Shown: positions 52,788-64,000 of the stretch, one piece after another
How positions within the stretch are numbered: position 1 is the stretch's first letter
Layout: each line of letters begins with the position of its first letter
Assembly: GCF_963921235.1 (NCBI RefSeq)
Contig: NC_086097.1
Location: 97,900,001 to 97,964,000, forward strand
Length of the DNA: 64,000 nucleotides
Direction: 5' to 3'
Source of the DNA: Mobula hypostoma
Taxonomy: Eukaryota
Program-made: the position numbers and the translations under genes
The notes under the pieces: model-generated
Told to the model about the DNA's origin: nothing
Databases searched by the model: none
Seen by the model: only the letters and a program-made list of their open reading frames with translations

Positions 52788-53205
52788 CCCTTACCAGGAA
52801 ATAGTTATCCCAGGAGAGCCCAACTTTAAATGTACGGATGGAAATCACAATGGACATTTACAAAATGGAGAAGATAACAGCATCTGTTAATCATAAGTTG
52901 GAACAATTTGATTCATACTGGGAAAAATAGTTTAACTACATAACACCTCATACGCTTGATTTTATTCTCACAAGTCAATAACTATGTTGTTTAAAAAAAA
53001 AATCACTCTCTATTTATGTACAGTTTTTTTCTTTGGATTGTTCTTTCTTTCCTCTCCTTTCTATAAGTGTATACCTCAGATAAATATTATGTGGAGATTT
53101 GTGACAAATATGACTAAATGATATATATGTACAGTATCTGAAATACATCTTATGGAAATGTTTATTTGATGATGAACTTCAAGAAAAAAATAAATTACAA
53201 AAAAA
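52788..53205 (+). mobile_element. L1 3' end fragment
   Basis: 16-bp TSD AAGAGTTGGCAGAAGG (52772-52787, 53206-53221); TT/AAGA target; poly-A; DIYKMEKIT C-terminus. Confidence 0.85.
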
Positions 53206-54717
53206 AAGAGTTGGCAGAAGGATGGGATGGGGAGGCTGATAAGGAAAGTGAGGACTGAAGGAACTTCGTTTTCATTCTGTCCAGGAGAGTAAGGATAGAC
53301 TCATCAAGGATTCTATCCACTAGGAAGCCATGGTTTAGGAGGAAGGAAAGAAATATTTCAGAGGCACTTTCATGGAAAGCTTTTATTTCACAAAAACATG
53401 AAGTTGTATTTGGTAGCAGAATGGACAAAAGGAGCCCTGTCATAAGATTACCATTAAGCTTCTTGGCGAGTTTTTCTCCAAAGCCTTTTCCTTCTAATGC
53501 CTTTACAGGACAGCACTTGTATGAAAACACCAAGGCCCACTGACTCTAGGACAGCAGTTGTCCCAGATGTACTAGACACGTCCTCTCACTAGATTACAAA
53601 TGAGCAACACGACACAAGCTAGGATTTAACCATAAGGTCACATGGATGCACATTTGGAAAGCAATAACACGATGAAAGGCATTGAATAGCAGTGGAAGGT
53701 CAAAGATGTGGCTGTCATTTTAAGTGTGAAGCAATGGGTAGTAAATTTGAAGAGGCAGCATGGATTTCACACGAAGGAGAACGGTGACATTGTTAAGAGG
53801 GAGGAAGTAAAAAAAGGAAATCTATCAGAGGGAAGGACATGGGAGGGCTAAAGCCAAGTGTGTGGCTTTTCCCAAAGAGGTTTCACGTAGGGAAGAAACA
53901 CAATAAACAATTCAACAGTGAATCAAGGTCAGCCTGCACTACTCTCTCTCACACGGGCCTCCACATTCAGCAACAAATTAACCATCTGAAGACTTTGGTT
54001 TGTGGAAGGAAATCCTCGCAGTAAGGTGGAGAATGTTCACACTACAGACAGCCATGGCCAAGGCCAGAATCAAACCCGAATCACTGGAGCTATGCAGTTT
54101 ATTCCTTAAAATAACAAATCTAATCTCATCTCAGAATTCCAGATCAAGCCTTTCACTCTCCTGTGAAATCTATTACACCCAGCAGTGACTCAACTTTGCA
54201 ACCATCTACAAATTTACTATCTGTCCTTTCCATTCCAATATCCTATACTACTCTACCTCAATGCTACTACATACTGCCTCGCCATGTTCCCTCCTGATAG
54301 TGTCCACTAAACGTTTAAAATCCTTTCAAAAGTTCCTTGGGCACAGCTATTGCTTCACAGCTTCATCAGCCTCGGTTCAATTCTGACCTCTGACTCTTTA
54401 AGTGTAGTGTTTGCAACCGGCTCCCTGTGACAGACCAGGGTTTCCCCAGATAGTCTGCTTTCGTCACAAATCCCAAGAATATGTGGACTGCTGGGTTAAT
54501 TGGCCACTGTAAATTGCCCCAATTGTGTATATGAGTGGTGGAATCGGTGGGGGGGGGGGAGTTGATGGGGTGAACGCAATGGGATTCACGTAGGATTACT
54601 GTAAAAGAACGCGTGATGTGAAAATTCAGTGGCTGCAAGACTTCATTCCATGATGTATCACTTCATAACCAACAAATCTTCATCGATGTCCCCTGATTAC
54701 AGGGATCATTACATCAA

Positions 54718-56125
54718 GCCTCTCGCTGCTTCCTGCATCCATGCAGAGCTCATCAATTTCATCAACTTTGCCTCCAACTCCCACCCTGCCCTTCAATTTA
54801 CCTGGTCCATTTCCGACACCTTCCTCCCCTTTTTCACTCTGTCTCTCTCTATCTCTGGAGACAGTGTATCCACTGATGTCTATTATAAACCCACGGACTC
54901 TCACAGCTACCTGGACTATACCTCTTCCCACCCTGTTACCATCCCCTTCTCTCAATTCCTCCATCTCTGCCGCATCTGCTCTCAGGATGAGGCTTTCATT
55001 CTAGAATGAAGGAGATGTCCTCTTTCCTCAAAGAAAGGGGCTTCCCTTCCTCCACCATCAACACTGCCCTCAATCGCTTCTCTTCTATTTCACACAGGTC
55101 TGCCCTCACTCCATTCTCCCACCAGGGATCGAGTTCCTCTTGTCCTCACCTACCACCCCACCAGGCTCTGCATCCAGCACATAATTCCTCGTAACTGCTG
55201 CTATTTCCAACGGGATCCCACCACCAAGCACATCTTTCCCTCCTCACACCACCCCATTTTCCGCAGGGATTGCTCCCTGTGTCTCCCTTGTCCATATGTC
55301 CCTCCCCACTGATCTCCCTCCTGGCACTTATCCTTGCAAGTGGAACAAGTGCTACATCTGCCCCTACACCTCCTCCCTCACCACCATTCAGGACCTCAAA
55401 CAGTCCTTCCAGGTGAGGCGACATTTCACCTGTGAGTCTGTTGGACTCATCTACTGTATCCGGTGCTCCCAGTGTGGCCTCCTGTACATTGTTGAGACCA
55501 GACACAGATTGGGAGACCGCTTCGCCAAGCACCTACACTCCATCCACCAGAAAAAGAGGGATCTCCCAGTGGCCACCCATTTTAATTCCACTTCCCATTC
55601 TGACATGTCTATCCATGGCCTCCTCTACTGTCACGATGAGGCCACACTTAGGGTGGAGGAGTAACACCTTATATTCCATCTGGGTAGCCTCCAACCTGAT
55701 GGCATGAACATCGATTTCTCTAACTTCCAGTAATGCCCCCCCCTTCCCCACAGCTCCTCCACCACTCTCCATCCCCTTTCCCTCTCTCACCTTATCTCCT
55801 TACTTGTCCATCACCTTCTTCTGGTCCTTCCCCCCCTTTTCTTTCTTCCACGGCCTTCTGTCCTCTCCTATTAGATCCCCGCTTCTCCAGCCCTGTATCT
55901 CTTTCATCAATCAACTTCCCAGCTCTTTATTTCACTCCTCCCCCCTCCACCTTGTGGTTCTTTCTCCCCTCCCCCCACTTTCTTACGCTGACTACTCATC
56001 TTTTTTTTTCCAGTCCCAATGGCCCGAAACATCGACTGTACTTTTTTCCACAGATGCTCTGAGTTCCTCCAGCATCTTGTGTGCGTTGCAAGGATTTCCA
56101 GCATGCGCGAGTTTTCTCTTGTGTG
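54718..56125 (+). mobile_element. Penelope-like element 3' part (RT C-terminus + GIY-YIG endonuclease + pLTR-like tail), disrupted
   Basis: STDVYYKPTDSHSYLDYTSSHP; LIYCIRCSQCGLLYIVET...RFAKH...PVATHFN. Confidence 0.88.
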
Positions 56126-56479
56126 TGAAGAATGTGCAGTTCATCATCCTCCAAGCAACACAATTTCAGAGAGACTTCTAGCATTAGTCTGGCAAGAAAC
56201 TGGATACAGCTCAGAACATCACGGAAACCAGTCTCTGCTCTACATCTCACTGCCTCAGTAACCAGCCAGTACAATCATCGACCCCATCTCACCCTGAACA
56301 CTCTCTCTTCTCCCATCTCCCATTGAGCAGAAGATACAAAAACTTGAAAGCACATTCCATTGAGCTCAAGGACAGCTTCCATCCTGCAGTTATCAGACTC
56401 TTGAACAGACACTTTATACAATAAAATGGACCACTGACCTCACAATCTACCTTGTAATAATCCTGTACCTTATTGTTTA

Positions 56480-57826
56480 CAGGTGGCCCCCGTTTTCCGA
56501 ACGTTCGCTTTACGACACGTCGCTGTTACGAAAGTCCTACATTAGTCACCTGTTTTCGCTAACAGAAGGTGTTTTCACTGTTACGAAAAAAGGCAGCGCG
56601 CACCCTGAGCAGCCGCTCTCCCCCGGAACTGCATTCTAGCCTGCGCTTAAACACGTGCTTTATCTCGATTTATTTTGTGCATCCGTGACCAAGATGAGTT
56701 CTGAGGTATCGGAAAAGCTTAAAAGAGCTCGTAAGGGTATTACACTTAGCGTAAGTCTAGACATAATTAAGCATTTCAATCGTGGCGAACGAAGTAAGGA
56801 CATTGTCCGTGCATTGAACTTGCCTGCGTCTGCCATTCGCACTATTTATACACAGAGAGAAATAACTTTGAAAGCTGCCGATGTTACTGTTGGCTCTGCT
56901 CGTAGCAAAATGGTCTCTCTTAGTCGGTATCCAATAATGGATAAAATGGAAAGTCTATTGCTTGAGTGGATTGATGGGTGTACAAAGCATAGTGTTCCGT
57001 TAAGTTTTCTTATACTTAAAGAGAAATCAGTCAGTCTTTTTAATAAGCTGAAACAGAAAGCACTGGACGATGGTGATGAAAGTGTTGCGAAAGTGGAATT
57101 TAAAGGTAGTCATGGGTGGTTTGATCGGTTTCTGAGGTGAGGGCAGCTTTATAGTTTAAGCAGTGGTCCCCAACCTCCGGGCCACGAACCGATACGTGGC
57201 CTCAAAGAATGTAGTAGTGCAGTAATAGTCGGAACGCACCCAGCACATCTTTAAGAAAAAAGCCGAAATAAACAAGCTAATTAATTAGGTACCACCTGGC
57301 ACGTAAACGTCAGCCCAGATCAGAGGCGATTGTCAATTGTGTCAGGTGGTTATTCGTATAAGCAAGTGTTTAACTGTGACGAAACTGCAATTTATTGGAG
57401 TCTTCCCAATTCCGGTAAGTGACACTACACTGTACATACATTATTTCTACTTTATATAGACTGTGTATTTTTATGTGTTATTTGGTATGATTTGGCAGCT
57501 TCATAGCTTAAAGGTTACTGGAGAGAGTGTTTCTGCTGAGAGCGCTTCCGTGAGATTTTTGCTGCGCTAGACAGTGCTGCAGAAAAGCATTTCTACTTTA
57601 TATAGGCTGTGTATTTATCATATCATTCCTGCTTTTACTATATGTTACTGTTATTTTAGGTTTTGTGTGTTATTTGGCGTGATTTTGTAGGTTATTTTTT
57701 GGGTCTGGGAACGCTCAAAAATTTTTCCCATATTAATAAATGGTAATTGCTTCTTCACTTTATGACATTCTGGCTTATGAACTGTTTCATAGGAACGCTC
57801 TACCTTCGGATAGCGGGGGAAATCTG
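56480..57826 (+). mobile_element. Tigger/pogo deletion derivative with CENP-B HTH ORF remnant and internal hAT-like fragment
   Basis: TIR CAGGTGGCCCCCG...CGGGGGAAATCTG; TA TSD; ORF to FKGSHGWFDRF; QVFNCDETAIYW remnant at about 57363; CAGTGGTCCCCAACC at 57161. Confidence 0.87.
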
Positions 57827-58247
57827 TACCTGCATTGCACTTTCTCTGTCGCTGTTATACTTTATTCTGCATTGTTATTGTTTTACCTTGTTCTACCTCA
57901 ATGTACTGTGTAATGATCTGATCTGTATGAATAATATGCAAGACAAACTTTTCACTGTACATGTAACAGTAATAAACCAGTAAACTGTAGCACCCATGAT
58001 ATTTCACAAGTATCTCAATAACATATTAAAATAGCTGTTTTATTTCCAACACACTAAACCTCAACAAGTTTTTTTTAAACACCCTCATCATTTCCTAGCT
58101 GAGCACTCCATGGGCATCTTGAATAGCAGATAACCTCCTGGGCATTGAAAGTGTAACCGCCTGGGCTTGATTGTACAATTTATGAAACAGAAGAACAACT
58201 TCCATCAAATTCCAGAGAGACTGATATAGTAATAACAAAGAACTCAC

Positions 58248-58363
58248 ACATCTGGATAGTTGGGTGGGCAAGTAACATGCAAGTCCACTGCCACATGGCT
58301 ATCTTCAACACTGCCCACTCCCCGAGGGTGCAGCACAATACAGATTTCAGGGGGGCGTTTCAC
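58248..58363 (-). CDS. EIF2AK4: GCN2 exon 2 (RWD: VKRPPEICIVLHPRGVGSVEDSHVAVDLHVTCPPNYPDV)
   Basis: Not in ORF track; translated by hand; RWD YPD motif; ccag/GTG acceptor, gtgagt donor; 116 nt. Confidence 0.93.
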
Positions 58364-59499
58364 CTGGAACACAAACATGGGTTCACATTCATTAACAAGA
58401 GCAAAGGAAGACGTCTCCGTCCCTAGCTAAGAAGGACAAACTAGGGCTACTGAAAAGTTGCTTTGCTAGATGCAAATATCAAGGATGCACTGACTAATTA
58501 CAAAGGTATGCATAGAGACAGAAGAGACCGCAGATGCTGGAGCAGCAAACAATCTGCTCGGGCACTCAGCGGGTCGAGCAGCATCTGTGGAGGGGAAGGA
58601 ATTGTCAAGACCCTGTAGCAGGACCTGAGAATGAGGTAACCGTTCCCTGCAGGTCTGCTATCTGATCCCGGCTCTTGGACATCCAGCAGTGAGAAAAGGC
58701 ACTTTACAAGTGATGCCACATTTTTGATGGCATCATGGACAGACACAAAAAAAGTTAAAACAATTCATCATGTTATATGGCTGGGAAACAAAGGATTTTT
58801 GGAGCATTGGTTAATTGGTAACTTCAAAGTTAAAAGTTGGAAGTACATTTATTATCAAAGTATGTATACATTATACAACCTTGAGATTCATCTCCTTACA
58901 GGCAGCCACAAAACAAAGGAACCCCATAGAACCCATTACAAAAAGACCGTCATACACCCAATGTGCTGAAAAAAAGTTGTGCAAATAATAAAAGTAAGCA
59001 AATAACATTGAGAACTGTAGTTCACAAAAGTGAGTTCCTAGCCATGAAGCCAGGAGCCCATTTGTTGTAGGCCACGGCCTCAGTTCAGCGTGGAGACGAG
59101 TGAACTTCACAGAGCAGCGAGCTCAACATCAGCCCATCCCTTTGCTCTGGCCATGACACCCTGGTCATTCCAATCTGACACAGCACATACATTAGCCAAA
59201 CCTTGGATCGTTCCTCACTCTCGAGCCTAGGTCCTACCACCTCAATTCAGCCTGTCCCCAACCTCCCCAATCTTGTTTGGCACTTAAATTTCCTCACGGA
59301 ATGCTCTTCTATGTTCCTCACTGAAGCTCCCATTCCCCTTGTGTGGATTTGACAGTAAAGGGGGTTTATGAGGCTTTGAGATTACACGGTGTAGTGCAGT
59401 ACAGATCGCTATCTGCTGACTGCCGACTGATTCTCAACAATGCCCGTTTTCACGAACTGGATTCATCACAGCTTGTAGGCACTGTCACAGAAAAACAAT

Positions 59500-60058
59500 G
59501 GAAGGTTCTCCCTTCCCTTCCATTCTCCCTCCAATCACCCTGCTCAATCCTCCTTGCACAGCTGCCTTCTCCCATCTACTATGCTCTTGTTCACTCCCCT
59601 TTACTCCCTCCATCTTTCTGCCCAGTCCTCACTCTGCATCTCTCCACCCCACTCCTCCTTCCTTACCCTTTACTTCTCCCCCTTTCCCCGAGAACTGGGG
59701 CTCCCAATCTTTTTTATGCCACAAAACTCTACCATTAACCAAGGGGTCTGTGAACCCCAAAGTTGGGAACCCCTGCTCTAGAACCTCCCATCTCCCACCC
59801 TTCCTCAATAATGCTCCCATCAATCTCTGTCCACTTCTCCTGCCATTACCCCCCCCACCACAAACCTCTCCAACCTCTTCCTCGACCAACGTAAACTCCC
59901 CTTCCCAGCACCTCCTCCCCACTCTGCCTCCCCACCGTCCCACCCTCATCCCTACCCCACTCCAAACAGCCCCATCTCCCCTAACCTTTCCTCCCCACCA
60001 TTCCCCCTCATCCCCACCCGCCCCACTTCCTCTTCCAGCTCCCTCCCCTCCGCCTCTA
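59500..60058. repeat. Polypyrimidine/polypurine low-complexity tract (G-rich on gene strand) at start of intron 1
   Basis: C/T-dominated plus strand with many CCC runs. Confidence 0.8.
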
Positions 60059-60059
60059 C

Positions 60060-60173
60060 CTTCCACGGGTCCTGCTCACGCAGGTCTCGGAAGTCCTGGC
60101 CGTAGATGGAGTTCAAGGCCTGCACCTCGGCTTCTTGAATGTCTGCGTAGCTCTCGGGCTCCTCCAGGCTCAT
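60060..60173 (-). CDS. EIF2AK4: GCN2 kinase exon 1 (start codon; RWD domain start, MSLEEPESYADIQEAEVQALNSIYGQDFRDLREQDPWK)
   Basis: Matches GCN2 N-terminus (human ESYPQRQDHELQALEAIYGADFQDLR); ATG in GCGGCTATG context; donor AAG/GTAGAG; 114 nt. Confidence 0.93.
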
Positions 60174-60480
60174 AGCCGCCGCAACCACCGCGCCTCCTCC
60201 TGTCGGCCCGAACCGGGAGTCCGGCGGCCTCCCCGTCTCCCACAGCGCCAGGCCAGCGTGTCGCCGAGGGGCAGCCGCTCGCTCCTCGGCATCACGGTGG
60301 GGGGCGGCGCCGGGACCGCTGAGCCCAGCACCTCCCCCGGAACCGGGGCGGCCTTCCGGTTCACGCAGGGAACCGCTCACGGCGCGGCGTGGGTCGGGCG
60401 GCCGGCTGGGCGCTGCTTTCCGCCGCCACCGCTCCATCTGGCCTCTACTCGCACCATCTCTACACCCCCGGAGCAGCTGG
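60060..60480 (-). promoter_or_regulatory. CpG island / promoter and 5' UTR of EIF2AK4
   Basis: Only strongly GC- and CpG-rich stretch in the window, covering exon 1; ETS-type ACCGGAAG at about 60353-60360 (minus) and GC boxes. Confidence 0.8.
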
Positions 60481-61147
60481 GTCTGACTGCACCAACATGG
60501 GGCAGGGTGCCTGCTGAATGGCAGGGGAGGCTAAAGAGAGCTGGGCTATCCACATTAATACAGCACCCGAACATGTCCTGAAATGTCGACTGCGCTCCTA
60601 TCCATGGACGCTGCCTGGCCTGCTGAGCTCCTCCAGCATCGTGTGTGTGTGTGTTGCTTTGGATTTCCAGCCTCTGCAGACTTTCTCTTCTTTCTAACAA
60701 CTTGCATCACTGTCTGGTACAGAAACTGCCCTGCAGCGGACAGGAGGGCTCTACAACAGGTAGTTAAAACTGCCCAACGCCTGCTTCTCCAACTGATCGG
60801 TGTCCCTCAGCCACCACTGGCAATAACATGTCTTCCATTCACAACCCACTGTTGTCTAGATGGGCACCTGCTTCACCCCAGTAACCTCTGGCAATCCATG
60901 GATCCCAGTCTAACCTTCCCCTCCAGTAATCCATCACAGTTTGCCTCTCCTAGACTCACTTGGCTTCAACTTTGGATTTAAACTGAGTAATCAGGCAAAC
61001 GAGAAGTATTGAAATAGGAAGGATTAAAGACTGTATTCAAGATGTATCCAGACTAAAAACGTATTTTTTTAAACTGTTGATAATGGAGATTTAAATACAA
61101 GTAATTCCGATGAACAATCTCTGAAATATTAAACTGTTTTATCTAAT

Positions 61148-61548
61148 CCATAAGGTCATATATATAGAGGAGCAGAATTAGGCCATTGAGTTTGCTCTGC
61201 CATTCCATCATAGCTGATTTATTATCCCTCAACCCCATTCTCCAGCCTTCTCCCAATAACCTTTGATGTCTTTACTAACCTCTGCTTTAAATATACCCGA
61301 TGGCTTACCAATGAATTCCACAGGTTCACCACCCTCCGGCTAAAGATATTCCTCATTTTTGTTGTAAAAGGACATCCTTCTATTCTGAGGCTGTGCCCTC
61401 TGGTCCTGGGCTTCCCCTCTACAGGAAACATCATCTCCTCATCCATTCTATCTAGCCCTTTCAACATTCAATGTTTCAATGAGATCCACTCTCACTCTCC
61501 TGAACTCTAGCGAGGACAGGTCCAGAGCCATCAAACACTCCTCATATG
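61148..61548 (-). mobile_element. CR1 3' end fragment
   Basis: RTRGHSLRIEGCPF...RRVVNLWNSL. Confidence 0.8.
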
Positions 61549-62183
61549 AAAACCTTGCAGAAGCAAACCTCCTCTAGACTATCTCCAATGCCATCACATG
61601 CTTTCTTAGATAATATGGTGGTGCAGCCTGTCAGAATGCTCTCCATGGTACATCTGTAGAAATTTTTGAGTGTTTTAGGTGCTAAACCAAATCTCCTCAA
61701 ACTCCTAATGAAATATAGCTGTTGTCTTGCCTTCTTTATAGCTGCATCAATATTTTGGGACCAGGTCAGAGCCTCAGAGATATGGACACCCAGGAACATG
61801 AAACTGCTCACTCTCTCCACTTCTGATCCCTCTATGAGGACTGGTGTGTGTTCCTTCATCTTATCCTTCCTGAAGTCCACAATCAGTTCTTTAGTCTTGC
61901 TGACGTTGAGTGTAAGATTGTTGCTGCAACAACACGCAACTAACTGGTATATCTCACTCCTGTACACCCTGTCATCTCCATCTGAGACTCCGCCAACAAT
62001 GTTTGTATCATCATCAAATTTATAGATGGCATTTGAGCTAAGCCTAGCCACACAACCATGGGTATAGAAAAAGTAGAGCAGTAGGCTAAGCACACACCCC
62101 TGAGGGTGTTGATCATCAGCAAGGTGCTATTAGCAATCTGCACAGATTGTGGTCTTCTGGTTAGGAAGTCAAGGATCCAATTA
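61549..62183 (-). mobile_element. Rex1/Babar-like LINE RT fragment
   Basis: YKFDDDT...NNLTLNVSKTKELIVDFRK...FLGVHISE...FYRCTMESILTGC. Confidence 0.8.
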
Positions 62184-64000
62184 CAATCAACTCTTTAGAA
62201 AGAGATGACATGAGACTGGAAGATGTAGAATCCTTGTGGGTAGAGTTAAGAAACCGTAAGGGTAAAAAGACCCTGATGGGAGCTACAAACAGGTCTCAGA
62301 ACAGTAGCCAGGATGTGGGGTACAAACTACAATGGGAGATAGATAAGAAATGTAAAAACGGCCATGTTACAATAGTCATAAGCGATTTCAATATGCAGGC
62401 AGTTTAGGAAAATCGGGTTGGTGATGGACCCCAAGACAGAATTTGTAGAATACCTACAAGATGGCTGGATTGGGTGTTGTGTAATGAACCAGATTTGATT
62501 AGGGAGTTGAAGGTAAAGGAACCCTTAGGAGGCAATGTCCACATCAATGTGAATTCACTTTGTAATTTGAGAGGGAGAAGCTGAAGTCAGATGTATTAGT
62601 ATTACTGTGGAGGAAAGGGAATTACAAAAGCATGAGAGAGGAGCTGGCCAAAGTTGACTGGAAAGGGACACAAGCAGGGAATTTGGCAGAACAGCAATGG
62701 AGTTTGTGAGAGCAATTTAGTACGTGCAGGACAGATACATCCCAAAGCAGTATTGTAGTATTCTAAAGACAGGATGATGCAACTATGGCCAACAAAGAAA
62801 GTCAAAGTAAAAGCAAAAGACAGGCCATATAATCGAGGAAACATTAGTGGAAAGTTAGTGAGAAACTTTTAGAAACCAATGAAGGTAGCTAAAAAAGGCA
62901 TAAGGGGGGAAAGATCAAATATGAAGGTAAGCTAGCCAACATATCATAGAGGATACCTGAAGTTTTTTTTCAGATATATACGGAAAGAGAGGCAACAGTA
63001 GATATTGAAACACTCACAACACGCCGGAGGAACTCAGCAGCTCAGACAGTTTGCTGCCCGACCTGCTGAGTTCCTCCGGCGTGTGAGTGTTGCTTTGACC
63101 CCAGCATCTGCAGATTATTTTGTGAGTAGATATTGGACTGTTGGAAAATGACACTGGAGGGTAGTAACAGGAGACAAGGAAAGGGCAGATGAACTGAATA
63201 AGTATTTTGCATTAGTCTTCACTGGAAGACACTCGCAGTATGCCCGAGGTTCAAGAGTGTCAGGAGGTGGAAGTGTGTGAACTTTCCATTACTAGCGGAA
63301 GTTTCTTGGGAAACTGAGAGGTCTGAAGGTAGGTAAGTCATCTGGATAGATGGTGTTCTGAAAGAGGTGGCCGAAGAGATTGTGGAGGCATTAGTAATGA
63401 TCTTTCAAGAATCATTAGATTCTGGAATGGTTCCAGAGGACTGGAAAATTGCAAATGACACTCCACACTTCAAGTAGAGAGGAAGGCAGAAGAAAGGAAA
63501 TTATAGGCCAATTAGTCTGAACTCAGTGGTTGGGAAGATGTTGGAGTTGATTGTTAACAATGTAGCTTCAGAGTGCTTGGAGGCAAATAAAATAGGATAA
63601 AGTCAGCATGGTTTCCTTAGGGGAAAATCTTGCCTGACAAACCTATTAGAATTCTTTGAGGAAATAACAAGCAGGATAAAGAAAGAAAAATCAGTAGATG
63701 TTACGTACTTGGATTTTCAGAAGGCATTTGACAAGGTGCCACACGTGAGGCTGCTTAACGAGATAACAGCCCATGGTGTTACAGGGAAGGTACTAGCATT
63801 GGCTGATTGGCAGGAGGCAAAGAGTGGAATAAAGGGAGACTTTTCTAATTGGCTGTCAGTGATTAGTGGTGTTTCACAAGGGTGGGTTTTGAAAACACCT
63901 CTTTTTACTTTTTATGTCAATGTTTTGGATGACAGAATCGATGGCTTTGTGGATAGCTTTGCAAATGATACAAAGATAGGTGGAGGGGCAGGTAGTGTTG
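62184..64000 (+). mobile_element. Degenerate CR1 ORF2 (APE to RT), runs off window
   Basis: ESLWVELRNRKGKKTL; cagcatggtttcctt; gattttcagaaggcatttgacaaggtgccacac. Confidence 0.85.
63008..63124. mobile_element. 117-bp Penelope-derived foldback insert in CR1
   Basis: 11-bp TSD AGTAGATATTG (62997-63007, 63125-63135); perfect 22-bp inverted repeat 63019-63040 / 63063-63084. Confidence 0.85.

Noticed and set aside
59498..60175. Pro-rich and Gly-rich long ORFs
   Set aside because: Artefacts of the low-complexity C/T tract
1..64000. CRISPR arrays, operons or prokaryotic defence systems
   Set aside because: Sequence is a spliced vertebrate locus; no regularly spaced repeat-spacer arrays or intact prokaryote-like ORFs seen

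Overview
Vertebrate genomic DNA. The repeat repertoire (abundant CR1, Penelope, RTE, L1 and tRNA-SINEs) suggests a cartilaginous fish, probably a ray (inference). The window holds the CpG-island promoter and coding exons 1-15 of EIF2AK4 (GCN2) on the minus strand. The 15 GT-AG exons splice in frame to 842 codons covering the RWD domain, charged linker, pseudokinase and the first part of the eIF2-alpha kinase domain; the gene continues past the left edge. The introns are packed with transposons, many with readable target-site duplications (TSDs): a full-length RTE LINE interrupted by a PIF/Harbinger MITE, a near-full-length CR1 interrupted by a solo LTR, a young L1 fragment next to exon 6, Tigger, Harbinger and hAT derivatives, Penelope pieces with hammerhead motifs, and several RTE-related SINEs. 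No new protein-coding system was found. The best leads are (i) His replacing the conserved dimer salt-bridge Arg of GCN2 (human R585), (ii) a structured, ribozyme-like 5' module shared by two RTE-type elements lying sense in intron 13, (iii) hammerhead-bearing and foldback Penelope mini-elements with TSDs, and (iv) two visible SINE-LINE partnerships. Exon and TSD coordinates were counted by hand; boundaries of degenerate repeats are approximate.
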